Positions 10,315 through 19,839 of a DNA stretch of 64,000 bases are shown here, in pieces (position 1 is the stretch's first letter; the number at the start of each line of letters is the position of its first letter). The translations under genes were made by a program, and so were the position numbers. Source of the DNA: a virus. The notes beneath the pieces are model-generated. The model searched no databases. It had not been told where the DNA came from and saw only the letters and a program-made list of their open reading frames with translations. The stretch is from IMG/VR virus record IMGVR_UViG_3300035670_000065, positions 32,001 to 96,000 of that record; one strand, written 5' to 3'.

Positions 10315-10586
10315 TTGAAGAAAGACCTAATAAAATACCATACGCTCTCATGGCTAGCCTTATGGTGCACTGGATCAGCTTTAGGGAACCCAACATCAAC
10401 TAGGTTTTGAAACCTTTCATTCTGATCTGCTACTACTTCAGTTAGTACCCCCATCTCTTCCCTAATGTGTGCCTCTAGTCTGGAGTCAATACGTTGTACA
10501 ATATCTAATAACTCTATAATTAGGTCATCTGAGTGTCTGTGATGTTGCGTTGGTTTAGGGTCTGTATCACGATTATGTTCTTCCAT
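10311..10586 (-). CDS. Hypothetical protein
   Basis: 91 aa, GGAGG SD, overlaps the next gene. Confidence 0.6.
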   Translation of the reverse strand: MEEHNRDTDPKPTQHHRHSDDLIIELLDIVQRIDSRLEAHIREEMGVLTEVVADQNERFQNLVDVGFPKADPVHHKASHESVWYFIRSFFK

Positions 10587-10594
10587 GTACCCTC

Positions 10595-11059
10595 CTATTC
10601 TAAATAAATCAGAGGTTTATTTATCTCCTTAATAAATTCAGACGGTATATTAGAGCCGGAATTAAGATTAAGTATTTTTCTTACATATTCTACGCACTGT
10701 ACTCCCGGCATCGCTTCTATATTAGATAGAGATAATACGGCGTCTAGTATTGAATAATCCGTAATCCCTATATCAGAGAAAGCTCTGTCTTCCATTTCCG
10801 CTGTGAAATCCATATCCATATGAATAACTGAGAAAGGTAGAAAGTTACTTAAAGGTACTACTCTAACTTTAGGAGGAACAGCTTCTAAAACAAGTAGTCT
10901 ACCCCTATAATTCCAAGCTACTCCTACATGAATATAATCGGAACTTGTAAAGGTTTTTACTAGTAGCCCTTTTAAATCATACAGGGAACTAAGTCCCCTG
11001 TATGACCAGACTAGAATATCACCAGATTTAATCTTATCGCGATATTCTACGTACTTCAT
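10595..11059 (-). CDS. Permuted papain-like NlpC/P60 (YiiX/YaeF-like) amidase
   Basis: IKSGDILV...YIHVGV...LEA...Y....QCVEYV; His before Cys. Confidence 0.7.
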   Translation of the reverse strand: MKYVEYRDKIKSGDILVWSYRGLSSLYDLKGLLVKTFTSSDYIHVGVAWNYRGRLLVLEAVPPKVRVVPLSNFLPFSVIHMDMDFTAEMEDRAFSDIGITDYSILDAVLSLSNIEAMPGVQCVEYVRKILNLNSGSNIPSEFIKEINKPLIYLE

Positions 11060-12168
11060 GATGCTCTATTCTCTTCGCTTTCAGAGAACTCACACAATGC
11101 ATCTACTCTAGTAATCTGAGGTAGAGGATTCAACCTTAGTTTCCAATACAACGCGCCAGCCGGCTCTGGATCACGTTTAAGTACGTTATTGTATAGTAGC
11201 TTTACATAGGTCTCATCATCTACATTAGAGCCAAATCTACTAATAAACTCTGGGCTATTGATAAACTCTTTAGCAAGTACCTGAAGAGGTATACCTCTTT
11301 TAAGTTCCCCTGTCCAGTATTCCAAACCCTTAGGCTCTGGTGCACGGTTAAGTGCTGCTTTGTAAAGCCTAATAACCATCTGCTCATGTGGATCCATAGT
11401 CATTCCTGCAAATTGTGTAAATACCCATAAGTCGTGAATATCTGCTTGAGCAAATCCGTAAGGTATAAAGGCGTATCCATTATTACCCCAACCTGTACCC
11501 CAAGAGTTTTCAACAATCCAACATTGTTTATTATCATCATAACCTACAATAAGCATAGCATGGCTACCAATAGCTGGTTTTGTATAATAACTATTAACTA
11601 TATACCACTGGTATATTTCGCCATCAGAGTTATCAGTCTTAGGAAAGTCTAAGAAAGGGGCTTTTAGAAACATACCTACAAGCACTGGACAACCTAATGC
11701 TAGAGCGGTTTTAACCCCTATCATATTGTAGTTCTCAATACGTTCGTATCTACCTACTTTCCATGCTTCTGCTTCTTTATATGCCTGTTCAGGCGGTTTA
11801 TCATTAACTGCCCAAGTTACAAAAGGCCACGTAGATTCTAGGCATACTCCTTGCTTATTGAGGCAACGACATATATCTCGCATATATGCTCCCCCATCTT
11901 GACCATGAAGATTAGGGTACTCAGCACGCTCGTTATAGTATAGGAACAATCTAGAGAAGTCTAGCTCTTTTCCGGCTCTCTTAGCCCAGATTTCGCAGGC
12001 ACTAACTCCCGCATTTGCGGTGCAGGAGTTAGTGTTCTGTTGGTTCTCTATATTACCAGCGTACTTTCTAAGGTCTACAACTGGGGGCAATCCAGTTGTA
12101 GTTCCTGTAAATACATAATCCCTAGGGTCGGGTAAATCTGGTTTTAGGTTAGTTAATTGATAGGTCAT
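11056..12168 (-). CDS. C1A papain-family cysteine protease fused to DUF4214
   Basis: PDLPDPRD, VDLR, NQ...SCTANA, SRLFLYY, HAMLIVGYDD, ENSWGTGWG; C-terminal RLYKAALNRAPE..GL.YW...F..S.EF...LYNNVL.R.P...G..YW. Confidence 0.85.
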   Translation of the reverse strand: MTYQLTNLKPDLPDPRDYVFTGTTTGLPPVVDLRKYAGNIENQQNTNSCTANAGVSACEIWAKRAGKELDFSRLFLYYNERAEYPNLHGQDGGAYMRDICRCLNKQGVCLESTWPFVTWAVNDKPPEQAYKEAEAWKVGRYERIENYNMIGVKTALALGCPVLVGMFLKAPFLDFPKTDNSDGEIYQWYIVNSYYTKPAIGSHAMLIVGYDDNKQCWIVENSWGTGWGNNGYAFIPYGFAQADIHDLWVFTQFAGMTMDPHEQMVIRLYKAALNRAPEPKGLEYWTGELKRGIPLQVLAKEFINSPEFISRFGSNVDDETYVKLLYNNVLKRDPEPAGALYWKLRLNPLPQITRVDALCEFSESEENRAS

Positions 12169-12182
12169 ATAGGTTCTCCAAT

Positions 12183-12545
12183 TTAGGGTGTTAATATTTC
12201 CAAGGATCTGCCAACTGTAAGTATTCCAGCAGTCTCAAGGGCTTCTACACCCTCTATTGTACGAATATCAGTTAAATCTACAATGCTTGCCGCGCTTAAA
12301 TCATCTAACCAGATTTTAATTAATAAATTGGTTGTTGCAGCAGTATATATCGCTACCTTTTCTTCATTAGTAAACCTACTACGAAAATCTAAAACACTTA
12401 ATTTACTTGTAGGAGATTCTAATATATTAAATTGCTTAAATGGATCTACAAATATAGTACTTTCTGTACGCCAGCCCTGTTCTTTTTCATCCCATTCTAT
12501 AGAATTTGATTCTATTAGTAATTGCTCACCATTCATTAGTTTCAT
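12183..12545 (-). CDS. Tail fibre-associated chaperone-like protein
   Basis: LSVLDFRSRFT.EE..AI...VDL.D.RT..GV..L...G.L...R..EIL. Confidence 0.55.
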   Translation of the reverse strand: MKLMNGEQLLIESNSIEWDEKEQGWRTESTIFVDPFKQFNILESPTSKLSVLDFRSRFTNEEKVAIYTAATTNLLIKIWLDDLSAASIVDLTDIRTIEGVEALETAGILTVGRSLEILTP

Positions 12546-14149
12546 TTGGTACCTCTCAATGTAGCAGTGGTACCAATAACTGAGCCTTTACATCCTGGTA
12601 CTGTTGCAGTAGTAGAATCAAAAACTCCACCTGCACTAAATTGCTGATTAATAGTATATGTACCTTCTGTAGCAATTCGGATAGTTTGCCCAACAGTTTT
12701 AGATTCTAAAGCAACTCCTAAGATAGATTTACGAGCAGTATTATAATAAAAATCTGCTATATATAAAGCTCCTGGTTCCTTAAATGTGCCTACAATATTT
12801 CCGGAGGAGTGAAGTATTGCGCTTGAGGCTAAAATTGGATTCCCATTATCTCCTCTTAGTATAACAGCATTACCAACACTCCCACCTAAAGGTGTGCAAG
12901 TAAATATAGCTGCATCATAACTACCGTCACTATTGGCATAAGATATGCGATATATAACAAAACCTGAAGCACCTAAGTTAAATGCTTTGATTGCTGTGCC
13001 AGTAGTACTGGTAGTACCCCCATTCAAGCCACTGGCAGTTAAGGACCTTACTGGTAATACGTTTTTTCCGGTTGCATCATATGTGCTAAGATGAGAAGTA
13101 GTACTATATTGAGTTATAACTGCAAAATCTCCAGAATCTAGAGGGACTATAGCTGGTCGTAAGCTAGTAACTACACTAACACCCAAGTCAATTAAACTTC
13201 CTACTGTAGCATTACTAGAGTTATAGATTTGTAAGTCTGGATAACTAGAGCCCTCTCCAAATACAAAAACAAGATTACCATTAGATAGCTCAAAAATTGA
13301 TTTATCTCCATAAGGTATAGCATTTGCACTACTACTGCCTACAGTAGTTAAACTACCTATAATAACTCCACTAGAATTATATCTTGCAAACTTCATTCCT
13401 GCTGTAGCGGTGGACCTATAATAATATATAATAAAATCATTATTAGAACACCCCAATACTTCGAAGTGATAAGGATTACAATTTGATTCTACAATAGTTT
13501 CACTACCTTGAAGTACTCCTGATGGATCATATCTTCTAAAGGTTGCATTAAGAGTAGTTAATTCTGCATAAGCTATTATAAAGTTTCCATTAGGGGTAAC
13601 ATCTATGGCCCAGTAATTATAAGCTGTACTACTCATAGAGTCCACAGTAGTAGCTGCTACAGCTACTGTTCCATCGTTATTATATATAGCAAATTTAATA
13701 GTAGAAGAGGTATTCCACACTACTACAAATTTAGTGCTATTTAATTTATGAATACTGTATCCACCTATACTAGTATCACTAGTTACTGTTACTTTAGATA
13801 TTACGTCAGCCCCCAAAATATTCCGTATTCTAAATTGTAAGTTACTACTAGCTGAGGAACCATTTCCGGAATATAGAAAAACAATATTACCATTTTCTAA
13901 CTCACATACAAAATCATTCATTTTGATATCTATGGTGTAGTTTGCATTGGTTTCCATAGGTGCTGGTGCTTTAATCGCACTACATCCTGCGGTAGTAATA
14001 TTCTCATTAGCAATGCCTAATGCAGCATAAGATTTAAGTACTTTACCTTGTTCAGAGTTAGTAACTAAATCACCGGATGTAATTGTACCTCCAGCTAGTG
14101 CACGGATAACGGCTTGTTGATTAATATTACTTGTAGTATTAATGCCCAT
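12542..14149 (-). CDS. Receptor-binding-like beta-propeller protein
   Basis: 535 aa; repeated L.NGN.V..Y / F.RYN..G blades; C-terminal ILGVALES...G. Confidence 0.55.
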   Translation of the reverse strand: MGINTTSNINQQAVIRALAGGTITSGDLVTNSEQGKVLKSYAALGIANENITTAGCSAIKAPAPMETNANYTIDIKMNDFVCELENGNIVFLYSGNGSSASSNLQFRIRNILGADVISKVTVTSDTSIGGYSIHKLNSTKFVVVWNTSSTIKFAIYNNDGTVAVAATTVDSMSSTAYNYWAIDVTPNGNFIIAYAELTTLNATFRRYDPSGVLQGSETIVESNCNPYHFEVLGCSNNDFIIYYYRSTATAGMKFARYNSSGVIIGSLTTVGSSSANAIPYGDKSIFELSNGNLVFVFGEGSSYPDLQIYNSSNATVGSLIDLGVSVVTSLRPAIVPLDSGDFAVITQYSTTSHLSTYDATGKNVLPVRSLTASGLNGGTTSTTGTAIKAFNLGASGFVIYRISYANSDGSYDAAIFTCTPLGGSVGNAVILRGDNGNPILASSAILHSSGNIVGTFKEPGALYIADFYYNTARKSILGVALESKTVGQTIRIATEGTYTINQQFSAGGVFDSTTATVPGCKGSVIGTTATLRGTK

Positions 14150-14152
14150 AGT

Positions 14153-14467
14153 TTACTCCTCAAATCCGTAAATATTAACAGATACATTTGCTAAACTGGA
14201 GTAAGTTACTACGTATTTACCAGTATCCGCAATGACTCCGGTTACTTCAAAAGTGCCATTAGCATCAACTACTGCATCATATACAAGATACTCAGAAGCC
14301 GCTGGTGTAGTAGTAGTAGTGCACACTGCTAGTCTTACTGTAGCTGGAGTAGTATTACGATTACAGAAGTTCACAGTGCATATCCAAGCTTTTGAAGCTG
14401 GCACAGCCGTAGAAGCAGTATTAGTTACAGCTACTAAATCTGCTTTATATAAATTCTTTGCAGGCAT
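14153..14467 (-). CDS. Small structural protein
   Basis: 104 aa; VNFCNR.....VRLA...EYL.YD...VSVNIYGFEE. Confidence 0.55.
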   Translation of the reverse strand: MPAKNLYKADLVAVTNTASTAVPASKAWICTVNFCNRNTTPATVRLAVCTTTTTPAASEYLVYDAVVDANGTFEVTGVIADTGKYVVTYSSLANVSVNIYGFEE

Positions 14468-14821
14468 TTACATGCTCCCCATAAAATAGGCTTTTCCTAA
14501 TGAACTACCTGCCGATACATTGGCATCTAGCTTATTAATAGCCTGCAGGATTGTGTCGCTGGCTGATATAGTACCTGCTGCAGATGTAAAGCCTGTTAAT
14601 AACTGTCCTGTAACATCTGCAGCTGTAGCAGCCGCCACAGTACCGGATGAGGACTTCAGCAATCCGGAAGTGACTGCAGACATAGTAATAGAACCTACAT
14701 TAATCGCCTCACTGTTCTGGAATGCCATATTACCCACATCTGATACAGTTACTGCAGCTGTGGGTCCTGTGGCGGTAATTACCTTACCGCCCAGGTTAAT
14801 ACCTTCTTTTACTTTAAACAT
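14468..14821 (-). CDS. Short fibre-like protein
   Basis: 117 aa; LTGFTS.AGTISA.DTILQAINKLD fibre motif. Confidence 0.55.
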   Translation of the reverse strand: MFKVKEGINLGGKVITATGPTAAVTVSDVGNMAFQNSEAINVGSITMSAVTSGLLKSSSGTVAAATAADVTGQLLTGFTSAAGTISASDTILQAINKLDANVSAGSSLGKAYFMGSM

Positions 14822-14856
14822 AACTCGTCCCTTTCTTTGAATCGGAGTTAATTACT

Positions 14857-17800
14857 TTATAAAATCCTATTTGCTTGGAATACATAGGCATATGTAGTTA
14901 ATGGAGCTGAGGCAGATAGCTGCACTTTAGGGGCTGCTGATGCAGTTCTAAATACTCTACAATAAACTGCAGTTGCCGTACCACCGTCACCTGCCTTCAT
15001 TAGAGGTATTTCAGTAAACTCGTCATTAAGAGTTGCTGCTCCATTACCAGAGAACCATGGGAGCACCCCATAGTAGAATTCATTAGTACCGGCCTGAATA
15101 CGAATATTATAAGAGCCAGATACAAAAGTAGTTCCTGAGATACCTGTGTCAGTCCATGAACCATTAGTTAGTACAATACTTGCAGTAGTATACCCATATC
15201 GTCCATCCGATATACTTGTATCATACGATGCACCTAGGGCTAATTTAATACCATTAGGAAAGTATACTATACTACTATCACCATTACGAGTACAGATATG
15301 TACCCATGATGATGGTATATCCAATGCTGAAGTATAGGTTACTACTCTAAAGTTAGCTGCTAAAGAAGTTGATGCTCCACCTATTGGTAGGATGTAGTAT
15401 AAAGAGGTCCAGGTGGCTAAAGGAATGCCTGCTGCGGTAGCTGTTACATTAGCTGCTCCCCCGGCCCCTGTAATGGTCCCCGTAGTGGGGCAATATATGT
15501 CAAAGTATCCAGTTGTACCATACTTGGCACCATTACCGTTATTAATAGAAATAAATCTAGCAGACCAGAGCACGTCACCTGCAGCACTTACAGTTATTGT
15601 GCCCCCACCGTTAATAGTTGCATTAGCTCTTAAATCTGCTAACCCTAGGGAAGCTTTGAAGCCTTGGGCAGTGTTTTTTCGTATAAATACATCTGTAGAA
15701 CTATAGAATATAGTATCAGTAGTAGCTTCTATTGCAGAATGGGAAGCACTTAAGTAAGCTGCTTGTACAAACTCTGCGGCAGATACTCGACCTGGTACTA
15801 CTAAGGATCCCGTTGTGTTACTTAAAGGCAGGCCTGATGAAGTTCCCGAAGCTGAAGGAGTTGTTTGAGTATAGCTATTTGTTGTGCTAGTGTAAAAATT
15901 GGCCTGGGCTCCGGTAGCCCCTACATATATTCTATAAGAAGTAGCTCCAGGTACTGCAGTCCAAGTCCAAGTAATAGAAGCTGTACTCCCTGTAGTTACT
16001 ACACCAGCAGATTCGACACCAGGTAAAGTAGATAGTCCATTGATATCAATCGCTACGATTCTGGCATACGTAGTAGTCGCCGCCATTGATCCGCCTGATG
16101 CGGATGGAGTTCCTGAAGGAGTTCCTGGGGTGGTTAGTGCAACTATTGTGACACCGTTGGTAATGGAAGTACCTGCTCCCAATAAAGAGGCTGACCCAGT
16201 AGTTCCAGATAGTGTAAATCTTGTAGTATTATTAGTTGATAAAGCTATTTGACCTGCTTGCTCTGTAGTAAGCACTAGGGTTCCAGTACCTTTATGGCGT
16301 ATTCCGGAGCCTGCATTAGTTCCGCCATTATCTCTTATTATACGTAAACCATAATCCGTATAAGTTGTATCTCCTATTAGATCTATATAGGAATTACCAC
16401 TACCAGTTCTACCATTTCCTAACTCAATTCTACAAGATCCTGTAGATACAGTAGTATCTCCTACAAATAACTGTCCGGAGCTTACAGTAACGGTGCCTGC
16501 CGAGTCAATCCGCATACGTTCAGTTAATGTATTTGTCGCGCCAGCGGTGTAGAACCGCATATTTGACAGGTAGGCACCTTCTACATAACTACGAATGGAG
16601 CCTAGGTAGTTTGCTCCTATAGCAACCATGTCCACGGCGGCGTAATCACTAACATCACCACCCATAACATCAATGGTTATAGCCGCGTTATCCGCTCCAG
16701 CCACTCCATCTCTTACATGAAGCTTAGATAGAGGAGCGCTGGCACCTCCTAAAGACATTCTCTGTGTTGAAGTAATTCTCATCGCTTCAGTCGGACTACT
16801 CGCACCGTCAGCCGTGGTGCTGAATGCAAGATACGTCGGCATCTCCGTAGTGGTTGGAGTGCTTTCGCAGTAGGCAGTGATGTATGCGCCATCGCGCATG
16901 ATTGGGGTACCACCATCAACACCTGAGAATGTTAGTCGTCCAAGAATGTCTCCCGTCTGGACTGTGCCGCCCGTGTAAGTATCGACCGTCGTTGCGCGGT
17001 TGCGGGCAAGAAACAACATTGGGTTATTCGTTGCACTGTTGGCGAAGATGCCAATAGATGATGAAGATGCACTAGAACTGGCTGAGTTGACTTGCAGTTG
17101 AGGAATAAGACCAGCACCGCCACCTTGCGACGATCCCGGTACAGTTGCGCCCACTACAGTTCTTCCGTTCGCATCAATCACAAACGGCGTACTATCCGGC
17201 GAAGCACTATCCTCCACCACAAACGCATTACCTGTGCCGGTGTTCGTCACCGTCAGCGCAGCACTGGCACTGTTGCTCAATATCGTCGTCGCGCCTTTGA
17301 TCGCGTGGGTGTCGGTGGCTTCAGCGTCACCTATAGTTGCATTTCCAGTTATTACTACATCATTAAATACATTACTACCAGATACTGAACCTAGAGATAC
17401 AGTCCATAAGGCATAGGTACCGGAACCTGCTATAATAGTTACATCTATAGTTAAGGATCCAGTACCACTATTATAAGCGGTTACTACGCCTGCCATCCTA
17501 GTGGAAGGTACTGTAGTATATGCAATAACTAGGTCCATACCTACTACTATTGCTTTACCTGTTTGAATAGTTAATGTTTTAGAACCTGTCCCTATAGTTA
17601 AACTAGTAGTACTAGTAGCATTAGTACCGGGGGCATTTAAAGCCGTTAGTGCAGAGGCTGCAGCATTAGTGGCGTGTGTACCTGCTGTAGTAGCTGAATT
17701 AGCTGCCGCAGTAGCGGAGTTAGAAGCATTAGTAGCGTGAGTAGAAGCAGTACTAGCCCAGTTAGAAGCTGTAGTTGCTGAGTTAGCTGCATTAGTAGCA

Positions 17801-18579
17801 TGAGTAGAAGCAGTACTAGCCCAATTAGAAGCTGTAGTTGCTGAGTTAGCTGCATTAGTTGCTTGGGTAGTAGCAGTACTAGCTTGATTTGTAGCTGTAG
17901 TAGCTGAATTAGCTGCATTAGTTGCTTGAGTGGATGCTGTCGTGGCTGAATTAGCTGCCGCAGTAGCGGAGTTAGAAGCATTAGTAGCGTGAGTAGAAGC
18001 AGTACTAGCCCAATTAGCTGCAGTAGTAGCTGAGTTAGCTGCATTAGTAGCGTGAGTAGAAGCAGTACTAGCCCAGTTAGAAGCTGTAGTTGCTGAGTTA
18101 GCTGCATTAGTTGCTTGGGTAGTAGCAGTACTAGCTTGATTTGTAGCTGTAGTAGCTGAGTTAGATGCCGCAGTAGCTGAATTAGAAGCATTAGTAGCAT
18201 GAGTAGAAGCAGTACTAGCCCAATTAGCTGCAGTAGTAGCCGAGTTGCTAGCACTGGTGGCATAGTTGGAAGCTGTTGTAGCCCAATTAGAAGCTGTTGT
18301 AACAGATGCTGCTGCAGAAGTTGCTGCAGAAGTAGACTGTACAGCTACCCATGCTGACCCGTTCCAAACTCTCATTTCTGGAGTTACAGTATTCCAATAA
18401 ATAGCTCCCGTAACTAAAGCAGCTCCTTCATTATCTAAAGTAGGGTTTGCCGCTTTACTACCTAAATATTTTTTATTAAAGTCTGTTAACCCAGTACTAA
18501 CTCCAGTAATTTCTGAAGTAGTGGCTAAGGTATTAAGTACATCTATGTAGTCCAGTTGTCCAGGATAAAAAGTGCTCAT
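14857..18579 (-). CDS. Long tail fibre
   Basis: 1240 aa; YLGSKA..PTLDN.G..L..GA.YWN anchor, Ala/Thr/Ser/Asn repeats, ERMRID-type fibre repeats. Confidence 0.8.
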   Translation of the reverse strand: MSTFYPGQLDYIDVLNTLATTSEITGVSTGLTDFNKKYLGSKAANPTLDNEGAALVTGAIYWNTVTPEMRVWNGSAWVAVQSTSAATSAAASVTTASNWATTASNYATSASNSATTAANWASTASTHATNASNSATAASNSATTATNQASTATTQATNAANSATTASNWASTASTHATNAANSATTAANWASTASTHATNASNSATAAANSATTASTQATNAANSATTATNQASTATTQATNAANSATTASNWASTASTHATNAANSATTASNWASTASTHATNASNSATAAANSATTAGTHATNAAASALTALNAPGTNATSTTSLTIGTGSKTLTIQTGKAIVVGMDLVIAYTTVPSTRMAGVVTAYNSGTGSLTIDVTIIAGSGTYALWTVSLGSVSGSNVFNDVVITGNATIGDAEATDTHAIKGATTILSNSASAALTVTNTGTGNAFVVEDSASPDSTPFVIDANGRTVVGATVPGSSQGGGAGLIPQLQVNSASSSASSSSIGIFANSATNNPMLFLARNRATTVDTYTGGTVQTGDILGRLTFSGVDGGTPIMRDGAYITAYCESTPTTTEMPTYLAFSTTADGASSPTEAMRITSTQRMSLGGASAPLSKLHVRDGVAGADNAAITIDVMGGDVSDYAAVDMVAIGANYLGSIRSYVEGAYLSNMRFYTAGATNTLTERMRIDSAGTVTVSSGQLFVGDTTVSTGSCRIELGNGRTGSGNSYIDLIGDTTYTDYGLRIIRDNGGTNAGSGIRHKGTGTLVLTTEQAGQIALSTNNTTRFTLSGTTGSASLLGAGTSITNGVTIVALTTPGTPSGTPSASGGSMAATTTYARIVAIDINGLSTLPGVESAGVVTTGSTASITWTWTAVPGATSYRIYVGATGAQANFYTSTTNSYTQTTPSASGTSSGLPLSNTTGSLVVPGRVSAAEFVQAAYLSASHSAIEATTDTIFYSSTDVFIRKNTAQGFKASLGLADLRANATINGGGTITVSAAGDVLWSARFISINNGNGAKYGTTGYFDIYCPTTGTITGAGGAANVTATAAGIPLATWTSLYYILPIGGASTSLAANFRVVTYTSALDIPSSWVHICTRNGDSSIVYFPNGIKLALGASYDTSISDGRYGYTTASIVLTNGSWTDTGISGTTFVSGSYNIRIQAGTNEFYYGVLPWFSGNGAATLNDEFTEIPLMKAGDGGTATAVYCRVFRTASAAPKVQLSASAPLTTYAYVFQANRIL
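17650..18310 (-). repeat. Heptad-based (21/42/63-bp) tandem repeats within the tail fibre
   Basis: Repeating ASNSATT/AANWAST/ASTHATN units with near-identical DNA. Confidence 0.9.
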
Positions 18580-18582
18580 CTT

Positions 18583-19503
18583 TTAAATCTCCTCAATATC
18601 TATCGTGGAACTATACATTTCGTATATAGGATGAGTTACTCCCGGCAACTGAGATAGCTTTCCATATATTTGGTGGGTTTGTTCCTTGGCCCAATCTGTG
18701 CTATTATCAGGAAATAGACTAATAAATAAAGGTTTAGACAACCCATTACCTTTTAATATTCTCATCATCTCTAACCTATCTGACGCATCTAGCCACTGTA
18801 GGTCGAAAGATAAACTATTATAACTAGTATTTCGGACGGTTACTAAATTACCAGACTCACTTCTAACGTGGGAGCTTAGATCTTTGATAGTATTAGATAG
18901 ACCGAAACTTGTATTAAATTTAGGTGACCAATGTCTGCCTATAATCAATCGGGAAGCTTCTATGTACTGTGCGGAGTTACTTGTATCTTCTATTTCAATT
19001 GATAGAGATGTAACTGCTAGTCCTACAGCTGTAGAGGGTAGCCAAACTCTAGCATACGTTCCACCTCCATAAGAATAACTATTGACCCCTAGTGGTACAG
19101 AACCCCAGTTCCATAAACCTAACTGCTGGTAAGGACAGGCATTTATAGCACCTGTATCAAAGACTGTGGTAGCGCCTGTAGTACTAATTGTAGGTACAGC
19201 CGTTGTTCCAGTATGTGTTGGCGTTGTTCCTGTGTATCCTCGAACTCTAATAGTAGCTACTGAAGATAGATTACAGAAGGGTATAATTATACCAGTTAGG
19301 GTCTGAGAAGGGAAACTCACTATTAAGTTCGCCTTCGCAGTGTCAGTAGTGCCAGTAGTTAGAGATCTCCACACCAGCGATTTAGCATCTAGCTTAAGAT
19401 TAGTTACTACTACCTGGGCCGATGCCGTGCTAGATGGTGTCATAGTGGTAGTGCTAGCATCTACCAGATTTTCGTATATAATTCTTAAGTTATTAGATGC
19501 CAT
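18583..19503 (-). CDS. Tail tip / distal tail-like protein
   Basis: 306 aa; NLRII..N, CNLS..A.IRVR, YIEASRLIIG..WSP..N motif set; located between hub and fibre. Confidence 0.55.
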   Translation of the reverse strand: MASNNLRIIYENLVDASTTTMTPSSTASAQVVVTNLKLDAKSLVWRSLTTGTTDTAKANLIVSFPSQTLTGIIIPFCNLSSVATIRVRGYTGTTPTHTGTTAVPTISTTGATTVFDTGAINACPYQQLGLWNWGSVPLGVNSYSYGGGTYARVWLPSTAVGLAVTSLSIEIEDTSNSAQYIEASRLIIGRHWSPKFNTSFGLSNTIKDLSSHVRSESGNLVTVRNTSYNSLSFDLQWLDASDRLEMMRILKGNGLSKPLFISLFPDNSTDWAKEQTHQIYGKLSQLPGVTHPIYEMYSSTIDIEEI

Positions 19504-19512
19504 TTTTACTCC

Positions 19513-19836
19513 TTATTGTTGAGCTCTAAGCGCATCTCGTGCTGTGGCCGCTTGCATATACAGACTATATAAAATTACGTATAGTTCTGTATGTGTACAG
19601 GTTGTACCTAAAGGTGCTCCTGTTTCTGGATTGAGTAGGTCAATTGATCCATTTTCTGCATCAAAATCTAGTATGCAGGAATCGTTGCCTAATCTAGCTA
19701 GATTGCTATCAATTAGGGTCACTATTTCCTCTTCGAAAATAGCTACAGGCAATCTACCGTAGTTATTCTTTATAGTTACTGTCTTACATCTTTGCCACTT
19801 AGTACCAGATACTGCAGATTCGTTATAATTTGCCAT
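19513..19836 (-). CDS. Fibre-associated hypothetical protein
   Basis: 107 aa; YNES.V.G.KWQRC..V.I.N. Confidence 0.55.
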   Translation of the reverse strand: MANYNESAVSGTKWQRCKTVTIKNNYGRLPVAIFEEEIVTLIDSNLARLGNDSCILDFDAENGSIDLLNPETGAPLGTTCTHTELYVILYSLYMQAATARDALRAQQ

Positions 19837-19839
19837 AAT

